Positions 9,995-18,396 are shown, counted from the stretch's first letter. The stretch: DNA of 19,086 bases from Candidatus Hydrothermarchaeota archaeon (GCA_046760505.1 JBHIEG010000030.1:1-19086), one strand, 5' to 3'. The notes: a model not told the origin generated them from the letters alone. Program-made: numbers and translations.

Positions 9995-10358
9995 GGTGAT
10001 ACTTGATACAAATTTTCTTATGCTCCCTGGAAGACTTGGAATAGATATATTTAAGGAAATTGACAGGGAATTATGTGCGAATCATAAACTTTTTGTATTG
10101 TCCACCACTGAAAAGGAACTGAAGAATTTAGTCGAGAATGCAAAGGGATCTGAGAAAAAGATAGCAAAAATTGGCCTTGAGTTGATAGGGCGTTGCGAAA
10201 TTCTACCCGCAGAAAGAGAACCAGATATCGCTATTTTCGATTTCATAAATGAAAACACAGTTGTGGCAACTACAGACAAGGAATTAAGAAAAAAATTAAG
10301 GAAAAAAGGAGTAAAGACATTATATTTGGCGCAAGGCGCTTACATAAGGATGGACTAG
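9978..10358 (+). CDS. PIN-domain nuclease, Fcf1/Utp24-like
   Basis: [19 protein letters not shown] and [12 protein letters not shown] provide the acidic PIN residues. Conserved position between eif2g and rpoE'. Confidence 0.88.
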   Translation: MGSYVKVILDTNFLMLPGRLGIDIFKEIDRELCANHKLFVLSTTEKELKNLVENAKGSEKKIAKIGLELIGRCEILPAEREPDIAIFDFINENTVVATTDKELRKKLRKKGVKTLYLAQGAYIRMD

Positions 10359-10373
10359 GCTTGGGGTGTATTG

Positions 10374-10928
10374 ATGTACCGAATTGTTACCATCAAGGAC
10401 ATAGTTGCGGTTCCACCTGAAAGATTTGGAGAAGATCTTGAGAGTGTGATAAAGGATATCCTCAGAGAGACCTACGAGGGTATATTAGATAAGGAACTTG
10501 GAGTAATCATATTAATCTCAAATATTAAAGACATCGGCATCGGAAAAATAGCCCCTGGGGATGGATCAGCCTATCATGAAGTAACATTCGATGCACTGAC
10601 ATTTAAACCGGATATGCAGGAGGTTTTGGAGGGAGAAGTGGTAGAGATAGTTGATTTCGGAGCGTTTGTGAGGTTAGGTCCTTTAGATGGACTTATTCAC
10701 ATCTCTCAAATAATGGAGGATTATATAGTTCACGATTCTAAAGGAGGCGCATTAATCGGAAAGGAAACGCACAAAACATTGAAAGAGGGGGACAAAGTTA
10801 GAGCAAGGGTTGTAGCCGTTAGTTTAAATCCAAGAGAACTGAGGGAAAGCAAGATTGGGTTGACAATGAGGCAAAAAGGACTGGGAAAGATCGAGTGGAT
10901 AAAGGCTGAGAAGGAGGAGAAGAAGTGA
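10374..10928 (+). CDS. rpoE1: DNA-directed RNA polymerase subunit E' (Rpo7)
   Basis: VAVPPERFG, PGDGSAYH, S1 domain GEVVEIVDFGAFVRLGPLDGLIHISQI and KIGLTMRQKGLGK. Confidence 0.97.
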   Translation: MYRIVTIKDIVAVPPERFGEDLESVIKDILRETYEGILDKELGVIILISNIKDIGIGKIAPGDGSAYHEVTFDALTFKPDMQEVLEGEVVEIVDFGAFVRLGPLDGLIHISQIMEDYIVHDSKGGALIGKETHKTLKEGDKVRARVVAVSLNPRELRESKIGLTMRQKGLGKIEWIKAEKEEKK

Positions 10929-11116
10929 CTAGGGAAAAAGTATGTCGAGACTGTCATGTAATTCTAAAGAAGGAAAATATATGTCCAGTATGCAAGAAGA
11001 GAAATTTATCCTCTGAATGGGGTGGCATGGCTATTATATTCGATCCAAAGAATTCAAAAATAGCCAAGGCAATGAACGTGGAGTTGGCGGGTAGATATGC
11101 TCTCAGAGTACGGTAA
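10925..11116 (+). CDS. spt4: Transcription elongation factor Spt4 (RpoE'')
   Basis: CRDC...CPVC zinc ribbon, SEWGG, DPKNSKIAK and GRYALRVR. GTGA overlap with rpoE'. Confidence 0.95.
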   Translation: MTREKVCRDCHVILKKENICPVCKKRNLSSEWGGMAIIFDPKNSKIAKAMNVELAGRYALRVR

Positions 11117-11651
11117 GTATACCCTCAGAATGCCTGCTAGTCTGGCAGATCAAAAATGTAAACAACCTTGGGGCACCATATATAAAGGAGAAGGTCTGAA
11201 ACCAGCAAAACAGGTTAAGGAAATCATAAAAAAGAAAAAATACTCAAAAGTAATTGCTGTGGGTGACATAACGGTGAGAAATCTGCTAAAAGTTGGTTTG
11301 ATTCCAGATTTATCCATCGTGGATGGAAAAGCAGAAAGAAATATAACTGAAGCGCCTGACTTCGACGCAATAAACGAGGAATGCATCAATCCAGCGGGAC
11401 ACATAACTAAAGACCTTTGGCTTTCTATAGAACGTGCCCTAAAAAAAGATAAACCTGTGAGACTTTTTGTTGTAGGGGAGGAAGATCTTGCAGTTGTGCC
11501 AGCTGCTTTACTTGCAGAGGATGCATGCATCTGTTATGGACAGCCAAAAGAAGGCTTGGTGCTTGTTGAGGTAACAGAAGAGAAAAAGAGACTTGCGAAA
11601 CATCTTGTAGAAAAAATGGAGGTATTGGAGAATGGAAATTCAGATAATTGA
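11097..11651 (+). CDS. DUF359 / GTP-dependent dephospho-CoA kinase
   Basis: KQPWG, IAVGDITV, IVDGK, NPAGHIT, VGEEDL and YGQPKEG motifs. Conserved position between spt4 and rps24e. Confidence 0.88.
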   Translation: MLSEYGKYTLRMPASLADQKCKQPWGTIYKGEGLKPAKQVKEIIKKKKYSKVIAVGDITVRNLLKVGLIPDLSIVDGKAERNITEAPDFDAINEECINPAGHITKDLWLSIERALKKDKPVRLFVVGEEDLAVVPAALLAEDACICYGQPKEGLVLVEVTEEKKRLAKHLVEKMEVLENGNSDN

Positions 11652-11931
11652 AGAGAAAGATAATCCTTTGCTCAAGAGAAAAGAAGTAAGATTCAAGATA
11701 ATTCATGAAAAAGGACCGACTCCTAAGAGAGAAGAAGTCTTGAATAAACTATCATCTCTTATAAGGGCGGATAAAGAATTGCTCATCATTGATTCATTAA
11801 ATACTCAGTTTGGAAAACCTGTAACTGAAGGATACGCAAAAGTGTACAATTCTGTTGAGAGAATGAAATTTGTTGAACCAAAACACAAGATAAGGAAGAA
11901 TACCATGGAAAAGGAGGAGAGGGAAGAATGA
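11632..11931 (+). CDS. rps24e: 30S ribosomal protein S24e
   Basis: [18 protein letters not shown]...GYAKVY and EPKH. Confidence 0.96.
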   Translation: MEIQIIEEKDNPLLKRKEVRFKIIHEKGPTPKREEVLNKLSSLIRADKELLIIDSLNTQFGKPVTEGYAKVYNSVERMKFVEPKHKIRKNTMEKEEREE

Positions 11932-12074
11932 AATGGAAAAAGTATTCAATAAAAGAAGGAAAGATTGATTACAAGGGCAAATTTTGTCCTAGATGCGGGC
12001 CTGGAGTATTCATGGCAACCCATCAGAACAGATTATCTTGTGGTCAGTGCGGATACACTGAGTGGGTCAGGTAA
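11928..12074 (+). CDS. rps27ae: 30S ribosomal protein S27ae (eS31), not in ORF track
   Basis: Manual translation: [48 protein letters not shown] (48 aa), with CPRCG and CGxCG zinc motifs. ATGA overlap with the rps24e stop. Confidence 0.96.
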   Translation: MKWKKYSIKEGKIDYKGKFCPRCGPGVFMATHQNRLSCGQCGYTEWVR

Positions 12075-12080
12075 AAATTA

Positions 12081-12815
12081 ATGGATAAGAAAATGGACAG
12101 TTCGGAGAAATCGCTCTCAGGAATAATAGATCTTTTTGAACAGACTTTCGCCATCTTCAAGGATAATTTTAAGGTTTTTATACCTATATCATCGATTTTC
12201 ATCATCGTTTTTGTATCTGGCGTGCTTATTTTTGGCATGCTCTTTGCATCAATCGCTCTTTTATCAGGGATACTGCCGGAAAAAATCATCTTAATGTTTA
12301 TTATCGCTATCTCATTTTTTTTGATCTTAATTCTTCTCCCTGCGTATTCATGGATATACGCAAGTCTTGTATCTGCTGTAAAAAATTTGAATGAAAAGGA
12401 TGTTATCTCCAATTCTCTGAAAGAGGGTTTTTCTCTAATTTTGCTCTTTTTAATATTGTTCGTAGCGTATGGTACTCTTGTGACATTTGGCTTTGTTTTA
12501 CTTATCATTCCTGGTATCCTCTTTTATACATGGTACTTCTTTTTTCCCTATGTAGTTGTATTTGAGAGATTGGGAGATAACACATTGAAAGACGTTTTTA
12601 ATTCTCTATCAAGAAGTAAGACTCTGGTTACAGGATATTTTCTTCCTGTATTTGCTAGATTATTTATGCTTTGGCTGTTTTCTTCACTTGCGGAGACCTT
12701 GCTTTCCTTTATCCCCTTAGGCATCCTTTTATTTTTCGTTTGTTATCTTCCATTTAAAACCATATTTGGATATCTTTTGTACAGAGATCTTAAGAGAATC
12801 AAGAATCAAAGTTAA
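12081..12815 (+). CDS. Multi-pass membrane protein of unknown function (resembles GDPD membrane-domain-like proteins)
   Basis: About 5-6 hydrophobic segments, LLIIPGI...FFPYVVVFE and 'SLSRSKTLVTG' pattern. Family assignment is from memory only. Confidence 0.7.
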   Translation: MDKKMDSSEKSLSGIIDLFEQTFAIFKDNFKVFIPISSIFIIVFVSGVLIFGMLFASIALLSGILPEKIILMFIIAISFFLILILLPAYSWIYASLVSAVKNLNEKDVISNSLKEGFSLILLFLILFVAYGTLVTFGFVLLIIPGILFYTWYFFFPYVVVFERLGDNTLKDVFNSLSRSKTLVTGYFLPVFARLFMLWLFSSLAETLLSFIPLGILLFFVCYLPFKTIFGYLLYRDLKRIKNQS

Positions 12816-12822
12816 TTTTTCA

Positions 12823-13233
12823 CTAAATTACCCAGATTTTCCTTTCCACTTGATCTTTAATTTTTGTTAGCCTCTTATCAAAAAAGGTCTCGTCTTCTTT
12901 AATCTCTTCATAACTTCCCCAGAAATCAGATACAGGTTTAGATGATTTAAGAGAATAGACTCTCAAGTTAGAAGCATTCTCCGAGAATGATAGCTTTTCA
13001 AGCACGTATATTCTTCTGTTTAGAGGATAGATTTCGAAAGAATAATATTTAACATAATTTTCATGAATTAATCCTTCTTTTTTAAAATGATCCAAACATA
13101 GCCATCCTATGTGGGGTATATAGATCCCGTTATCTTTATAGCCTTCTATGTTCCATAACAAGGCTGTTTCCTTACGTCTTGCGGTGAAAAGGTATTCACC
13201 GCATTTTATACACCTACAAATTCTTTCTTCCAC
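12823..13233 (-). CDS. Hypothetical protein with N-terminal CxCxxC and CxxH (possible zinc ribbon)
   Basis: 136-aa ORF filling the gap with no competing ORF. GTG start 5 nt after CGTGA. Confidence 0.65.
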   Translation of the reverse strand: MEERICRCIKCGEYLFTARRKETALLWNIEGYKDNGIYIPHIGWLCLDHFKKEGLIHENYVKYYSFEIYPLNRRIYVLEKLSFSENASNLRVYSLKSSKPVSDFWGSYEEIKEDETFFDKRLTKIKDQVERKIWVI

Positions 13234-13484
13234 TCAAATCACGCTATAAAATCTTGCTTTCCATTTGAAAATGCATGGAGATACAAATCTTGAGTTTTGT
13301 AGGTTTTCAACCTGAATATAGAAAATTCACAGTTTTCCACCGCCTTCCCCATATTACTGAATATTTTTTGGTTAAAAATCTTTTCTATAAGCTGCTTATA
13401 ATTTTAAAAAACTATCAGAACCTGATATGAAAATAACTTCTAGGATTTCGCAAGACTTATTTAGATGAGGGGAGTGGAAAGAAC

Positions 13485-14036
13485 ATGGAAGAGATTGTAA
13501 AAAGGATAAATAAATGTAGACGCTGTCCTTTGCACAAATGGAGAACCAACATAGTAATCGGGGAAGGAGGCAAAAGAACGGAAATAATATTCATTGGAGA
13601 AGCACCCGGATTACATGAGGATAAAATGGGAAGACCTTTTGTGGGGAGAGCAGGAAAAATTCTCGATGAACTGATAGAGAGTATCGAGCTTAAAAGAGAA
13701 GATGTTTATATTACAAACGTAGTAAAGTGCAGGCCTCCAAATAACCGAGATCCGAGTGAAGATGAGATAAATTCATGCATAGGTTATCTTTTTGAACAGA
13801 TTAGAATGATAAAGCCAAAGATCATAGTTGCATTGGGAAGAATAGCATCAAGCGCCCTTTTAGGAAAGCCCGTATCTCTTTGGAAGGAACATGGCTCTTT
13901 AGTAGATTATCCCCGCGCCAAGTGCAAATTATTCATAACTTATCATCCCGCTGCCGCTATTTACAGCGGAGAAGTTAGATCTAAGTTGCAGGATGACTTC
14001 AAGAAATTGAAAAATATTAGAGAGTCAATGGGATAA
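13485..14036 (+). CDS. udg: Family-4 uracil-DNA glycosylase (4Fe-4S)
   Basis: CRRC, GEAPG..ED..GRPFVGRAG, NVVKCRPPNNRDP...C and TYHPAA. Confidence 0.94.
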   Translation: MEEIVKRINKCRRCPLHKWRTNIVIGEGGKRTEIIFIGEAPGLHEDKMGRPFVGRAGKILDELIESIELKREDVYITNVVKCRPPNNRDPSEDEINSCIGYLFEQIRMIKPKIIVALGRIASSALLGKPVSLWKEHGSLVDYPRAKCKLFITYHPAAAIYSGEVRSKLQDDFKKLKNIRESMG

Positions 14037-14109
14037 TAGTGATTATAGAAATCATAAAAATTATAGGAATTTGAAGAAAATATCTTCTAGAAAGCAAACG
14101 ATTTTTACT

Positions 14110-14511
14110 TCAATCTCCCATAACGGTAACCTCTATTCTTCTTGATCTTCCATGCGTATCTGCTTCTATGAAGAATAAACTCTGCCAAGTACCAATAACA
14201 ATTTTACCATTTCTTACAGGAAGAGTTTTGTCTGGAGCCAGAAGCATGGATCTTAAATGAGAATGTGCATTCCCAGTGTGTTTCCATCTTCCTTCAGGAA
14301 CAAGAGCCTCTAAAAAATTTTTTATATCGTCCTTTAATCTTGATTCCAGTTCTGTCAAGACGAATACCGCAGTAGCATGTGGAGCAAATATATGAACGAT
14401 TCCATTCTTCACTTTAGATTCTCTAACGATTTCACCTATTTTAGAGGTTAGATCAATTACGTCTCCTGGTCCCTTTGTTTTTATTGTAAAGGATGTGGTT
14501 TCGATTATCAT
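14110..14511 (-). CDS. yjbQ: YjbQ / UPF0047 family protein
   Basis: HIFAPHATA, NAHSHLRSML, GTWQSLFFIE and RRIEVTVMG. Confidence 0.92.
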   Translation of the reverse strand: MIIETTSFTIKTKGPGDVIDLTSKIGEIVRESKVKNGIVHIFAPHATAVFVLTELESRLKDDIKNFLEALVPEGRWKHTGNAHSHLRSMLLAPDKTLPVRNGKIVIGTWQSLFFIEADTHGRSRRIEVTVMGD

Positions 14512-14619
14512 TTTTCCCCCTCATGTAAGGATTTTTAAGATATATAAAAATCAGAGGAACTATTGAGATGTAAGTAACCGGTAAGATATAAATCATTAGA
14601 ATGTAGATTAAGATCTAAG

Positions 14620-15132
14620 ATGATAAAACTTTTGGTTACATGCAGAGATATTTATGGAGAAGAAGAAACCAGAAGATCACTAGAAAGAGCCATCGAAGGA
14701 ATAAGAGTGAAATATACTGGATTCAGAGCAGTACTTATCGCAGAAATTGATGAGGGAGATCCCTTAGAAATTGCTGAAAAGGTATATAGAGAATGTACTC
14801 TCCAGATTGGCAAGCTTGTCCTAGTCTTAGACGAAGTGGAAAGCAGACTTGATTATGTTAAAGAGGCAGCAGTAAAGGTAGGCTTGGAGCATATAGGCGA
14901 AGGAGAGAGTTTTTGCTTCAGGATTTTTAAAAGGGGATCTCACTCCTTGGATAAATCCACTCCAGAACTTGAAAAAGAGATTGGAGGCGCCATATACGAA
15001 AAATTAGAAGAAAAATTCCAAAAGAAACCAAGGGTTGACTTGAAGAATCCTGATGTAACCGTTCTCGCCGAAGTGTTAGGCAAAAGAACCGAGATAGGCA
15101 TCACAAGAAAGAAATGGTCAGAGGCTGATTAA
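14620..15132 (+). CDS. Stand-alone THUMP-domain RNA-binding protein
   Basis: ESFCFRIFKRG...ELEKEIGGAI...VDLKNPDVTVLAEV is a THUMP signature. No catalytic domain is fused. Confidence 0.85.
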   Translation: MIKLLVTCRDIYGEEETRRSLERAIEGIRVKYTGFRAVLIAEIDEGDPLEIAEKVYRECTLQIGKLVLVLDEVESRLDYVKEAAVKVGLEHIGEGESFCFRIFKRGSHSLDKSTPELEKEIGGAIYEKLEEKFQKKPRVDLKNPDVTVLAEVLGKRTEIGITRKKWSEAD

Positions 15133-15905
15133 AACATCTTCTTTGAGAAAGAAAGAAGAAATTTCAGACTACCTTTTAAATGAATCCTATCATCTTCTTT
15201 TTTTATTTCAAATAACTCGTGTCTAAATTTTTTCAAAAGATCATCATCTCCCTTCTCCGCTATCAAATCGTATGCGTGGATATAATGAGGTCCCATTGGT
15301 ATTCCCTCCGTTCCGTACTGATCAAATTCTAAAATTATTTTTTCTGAGGTCTCTTCAATGAATCCAGCCTTCGTGAGCATTCCGATTATATCCTCTTCCC
15401 CAAATACTCTGTGGTATGGATGACCCGCCTTGAAAGCCTCTTCTAGTACTTCCCTTAATTTTAAATCCTTAGGACCTAGAGGCTCGTAGAGTACTAGGGT
15501 CCCATCTCTTTTTAAAACTCTGTAGATTTCATTCAGTGCCAACATAGGGTCTCTGAAGTGATGAAGGCTTATGACCAAAAATGCGATTTCAAATGTGGAA
15601 TCCTTGAATATAATATCTTCTGCATGGGATTTTAGAACATAGTAATTTGAGAGGTTTTTCTTCACTATGTTTTCTCTTGCCACCTTTAACATGGCCTGAG
15701 ACTGGTCAATACCGATGATATATCCATTTGGAAGTTTTTGACTCAGAATTTCAGCAAGATGTCCTGTTCCAGTTCCTACATCCAAAATAATCTCGTCTCC
15801 CCTCAAATTTAACATATTTATCATTTTTGAGAATAATTCTTCCCGATGTTTGTGTTTTCTAAACTCTCTATCCATCTCCAAGGCCTTTTCATAATCTTCC
15901 CTCAT
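15129..15905 (-). CDS. Class I SAM-dependent methyltransferase (UbiE/Methyltransf_11-like)
   Basis: ILDVGTGTG, GIDQSQAML, FKDSTFE and SLHHFRDP...EIYRVLKRDG. Start is ATG 15905 or TTG 15917. Substrate unknown. Confidence 0.88.
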   Translation of the reverse strand: MREDYEKALEMDREFRKHKHREELFSKMINMLNLRGDEIILDVGTGTGHLAEILSQKLPNGYIIGIDQSQAMLKVARENIVKKNLSNYYVLKSHAEDIIFKDSTFEIAFLVISLHHFRDPMLALNEIYRVLKRDGTLVLYEPLGPKDLKLREVLEEAFKAGHPYHRVFGEEDIIGMLTKAGFIEETSEKIILEFDQYGTEGIPMGPHYIHAYDLIAEKGDDDLLKKFRHELFEIKKEDDRIHLKGSLKFLLSFSKKMF

Positions 15906-16029
15906 AAAAGGTCCCAAAGTATAGGTTAAACTCTTTTAGATTTGAATCTTTTTATATGGCATATAAGCAAAAGAGCGTAAAACTAAATTTAATCTATAAA
16001 TATCTATAAGATTTAATATATAAATATTC

Positions 16030-16066
16030 AAAATCTAAGAAAAATCTAAAAAATTGGAAAAAGAGA
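16030..16066 (-). terminator. Oligo-T terminator of the thermosome gene
   Basis: Minus strand reads TCTCTTTTTCCAATTTTTTAGATTTTTCTTAGATTTT directly after the stop. Confidence 0.55.
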
Positions 16067-17716
16067 TTAGAACTCTTCTTCTCCTCCTGTTTCTTCGCTA
16101 GGACCTCCTGGAGGCCCTCCTCCTCCTGTTTCTTTCTTCGAAGCCGCTATTACATCGTCTATCCTTAGGATCATGATGGCTGCTTCGCTAGCAGATTTTA
16201 TTCCCTGTGTTTTTGTTCTCAATGGCTCTAAAACTCCTTCCTTGACCATATCTGTTGGCTTTCCTGTAAATGCATCCAATCCTAGATTCGGACCGCCTTT
16301 CTCATGAGCAGATCTTAACTCTACCAAGGTATCTATGGAATCCAATCCAGCGTTCTCTGCTAGAGTTCTTGGTATTATATCTATAGCATCTGAAAAAGCG
16401 GTTATCGCGAGCTGCTCTCTTCCGCCAACACTTTCTGCGTAGTCTCTCAATCCACGGGCAACTTCTATCTCTGGTGCGCCACCGCCCGGAACAACTTTTT
16501 TGTCCTCTATGGCACTCTCTACAACTCTTATAGCATCGTTTACTCCTCTTTCCACTTCATCTACTACGTGCTCGGTTCCTCCTCTTATGAACAGTGTTAC
16601 CGCCTTTGGATACTTGCACTCGGTTACAAACACCATTTCTTCGCCTGCTATCTTTTTCTCCTCTACGAATCCTGCCTCTCCTAAGTCTTCAGGAGTGAGG
16701 TCATCTAAACTGTTAACTATGCTAGCACCAGTAGCCTTTGCCAGTTTTTCCATGTCAGATTTCTTAACTCTTCTCACTGCAAATATGTTTTCCTTTGCCA
16801 AGAAGTGCTGAGCCATATCGTCGATTCCCTTCTGACAGAATACTACGTTAGCGCCTGATTTCTTGATTTTATCAACCATGTCCTTCAACATCTTCTCTTC
16901 TTCGTCTAAGAATGCTTTTAACTGAGTTGGATCTGTGATTCTTATTTCAGCATCTGTTTCTGTATCTTTTACTTCTATGGCTGCATTTATCAAGGCTATT
17001 TTTGCGTTCTTCACAGTTTTAGGCATTCTTGGATGCACTCTTTCTTTGTCTATTACTATTCCTTCTATGAGCTCTGTATCGCTTATACTTCCTCCTTCTT
17101 TCTTTTCCACCTTTATATCATCCGGATCTATCTCATATTTTCCGTCAACTTCTTCCGCTACGTGCTTAACTGCCTTGACTACCAATTTTGCTAAATGATC
17201 CTTTGCGCTTTCTGCTCCCTTTCCAGTCATAGCCGTCATTGCCACTTTTTTGAGAGTTTCTTCGTCGTCTATGGATATATCGATTGCCATGTTCTCCAGA
17301 ATTTCATTTGCTTTTTCAGCAGCTTGCCTGTAACCCGATGCTATTACTGTGGCATGAATGTTTTGATCTAAGAGTTCTTCTGCTCTCTTTAAAAGCTCTC
17401 CTCCCAAAACTACCGCAGTAGTAGTACCATCTCCTACCTCATCGTCTTGGGTCTTTGCGACTTCCACCATCATCTTTGCAGCAGGATGCTCAACGTCTAT
17501 GTCTTTAAGGATGGTGACTCCATCGTTTGTTATCGTTATGTCTCCCAGAGAATCCACCAGCATCTTGTCCATGCCTCTTGGTCCTAACGTTGTTCTCACT
17601 GCCTCTGCTATTATTCTGGCAGCTAAAATGTTTGTTCTCATAGCATCTCTTCCTATGTATCTAGAGGTCCCTTCTGGAAGTATCAAAACCGGTTTTCCGC
17701 TCAATTGGCCAGTCAC
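16067..17716 (-). CDS. ths: Thermosome subunit (group II chaperonin)
   Basis: [39 protein letters not shown] and [11 protein letters not shown] start after GGAGGTG. Confidence 0.98.
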   Translation of the reverse strand: MTGQLSGKPVLILPEGTSRYIGRDAMRTNILAARIIAEAVRTTLGPRGMDKMLVDSLGDITITNDGVTILKDIDVEHPAAKMMVEVAKTQDDEVGDGTTTAVVLGGELLKRAEELLDQNIHATVIASGYRQAAEKANEILENMAIDISIDDEETLKKVAMTAMTGKGAESAKDHLAKLVVKAVKHVAEEVDGKYEIDPDDIKVEKKEGGSISDTELIEGIVIDKERVHPRMPKTVKNAKIALINAAIEVKDTETDAEIRITDPTQLKAFLDEEEKMLKDMVDKIKKSGANVVFCQKGIDDMAQHFLAKENIFAVRRVKKSDMEKLAKATGASIVNSLDDLTPEDLGEAGFVEEKKIAGEEMVFVTECKYPKAVTLFIRGGTEHVVDEVERGVNDAIRVVESAIEDKKVVPGGGAPEIEVARGLRDYAESVGGREQLAITAFSDAIDIIPRTLAENAGLDSIDTLVELRSAHEKGGPNLGLDAFTGKPTDMVKEGVLEPLRTKTQGIKSASEAAIMILRIDDVIAASKKETGGGGPPGGPSEETGGEEEF

Positions 17717-17749
17717 AATAGCACCTCCGCAATTTTTTTGTTGTACGGT

Positions 17750-17772
17750 TTTAGTAACTTTTTGTTATTTTA
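17750..17772. promoter_or_regulatory. Putative Phr-type heat-shock operator TTTAGTAACTTTTTGTTATTTTA
   Basis: Matches the recalled Thermococcales Phr consensus TTT-N2-T-N-AC-N5-GT-N-A-N2-AAA except at two terminal bases. Lies just downstream of the predicted thermosome start site. Confidence 0.7.
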
Positions 17773-17796
17773 TTTATCATTAATATAACCATTAGA

Positions 17797-17804
17797 TATA
17801 TAAA
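17797..17804 (-). promoter_or_regulatory. TATA box of the thermosome gene (TTTATATA), possibly bidirectional
   Basis: Perfect TTTATATA on the minus strand (TATATAAA on plus) within the divergent intergenic region. Predicts a minus-strand start near 17774. Confidence 0.6.
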
Positions 17805-17869
17805 TGTTGTGTTTCCATATGTTAATTTGTACATATAGAGAGAAATCTGATAGGCAAAGGGGGTCAACA

Positions 17870-18382
17870 ATGGAGAAGGCAAAAACACTCCTAAACATAC
17901 TGGGAAACCCTACAAGGAGAGAAATACTACATCTACTATCCGATGAACCTTACTTTGTAAGCCAACTGGCAAAAGAGTTAGACATAGGTCAAAAAGCTGT
18001 TATACAGCATCTGGAATTGATGGAAAGCGTAGGTTTGGTATCAAAAACGGAACAACAGATGGAAAGGGGACGCCCTAGAAAATACTATGAAATTGATAGC
18101 AACTTGCAGTTGGAAGTGCTGATAGCACCATACCTATTTGAGACTTATCTCTCTGAGCCAAGTTTTGAAAAAGATGAAATTATAGATGATCCATTTAACA
18201 AACTTAGGAAAGTCAAGGACCCTCTAAAGAGACTGGAGATACTTTCCGAGGTAATTAAGGATACCCTGATGCTTATTCAATACCATGAGGGAACAAAGAG
18301 AAGACTAGAAAGGACGCTGGAAAGATTGAAGGAAGAGATGAGGAAGACAATCGAAACCATAGATCAGAGCATCGAGTTATAG
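17870..18382 (+). CDS. phr: ArsR-type winged-helix regulator, Phr/HSR1-like heat-shock repressor
   Basis: LLNILGNPTRREIL.LL...PYFVSQL..EL.IGQKAV..HL...GRPRKYY closely resembles Pyrococcus Phr as recalled, with a C-terminal coiled coil. ATG 17870 follows GGGGGT. The ORF-track start 17804 lies in the promoter. Confidence 0.85.
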   Translation: MEKAKTLLNILGNPTRREILHLLSDEPYFVSQLAKELDIGQKAVIQHLELMESVGLVSKTEQQMERGRPRKYYEIDSNLQLEVLIAPYLFETYLSEPSFEKDEIIDDPFNKLRKVKDPLKRLEILSEVIKDTLMLIQYHEGTKRRLERTLERLKEEMRKTIETIDQSIEL

Positions 18383-18384
18383 AC

Positions 18385-18396
18385 TTTATTTTTTTT
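18385..18396 (+). terminator. Oligo-T terminator after phr
   Basis: TTTATTTTTTTT begins 3 nt after the stop. Confidence 0.55.

Noticed and set aside
165-12508. Many minus-strand ORFs opposite core genes (e.g. 1559-2179, 3308-3862, 11150-11530, 12044-12508)
   Set aside because: They are antisense shadows of well-supported genes, mostly Ser/Ile/Phe-rich, with no recognisable motifs.
14620-15917. THUMP protein plus methyltransferase as a split Trm11/Trm14-like tRNA methylase
   Set aside because: The genes are convergent (4-nt stop overlap), and the methyltransferase is UbiE-like without the DPPY/NPPY motif of amino-methyltransferases.
16500-17783. Plus-strand ORFs 16500-16811, 16935-17198 and 17499-17783
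   Set aside because: They are antisense shadows of the thermosome gene.
17804-17869. N-terminal extension of the Phr-like ORF
   Set aside because: It starts within the TATA box, and similarity and the Shine-Dalgarno support ATG 17870.
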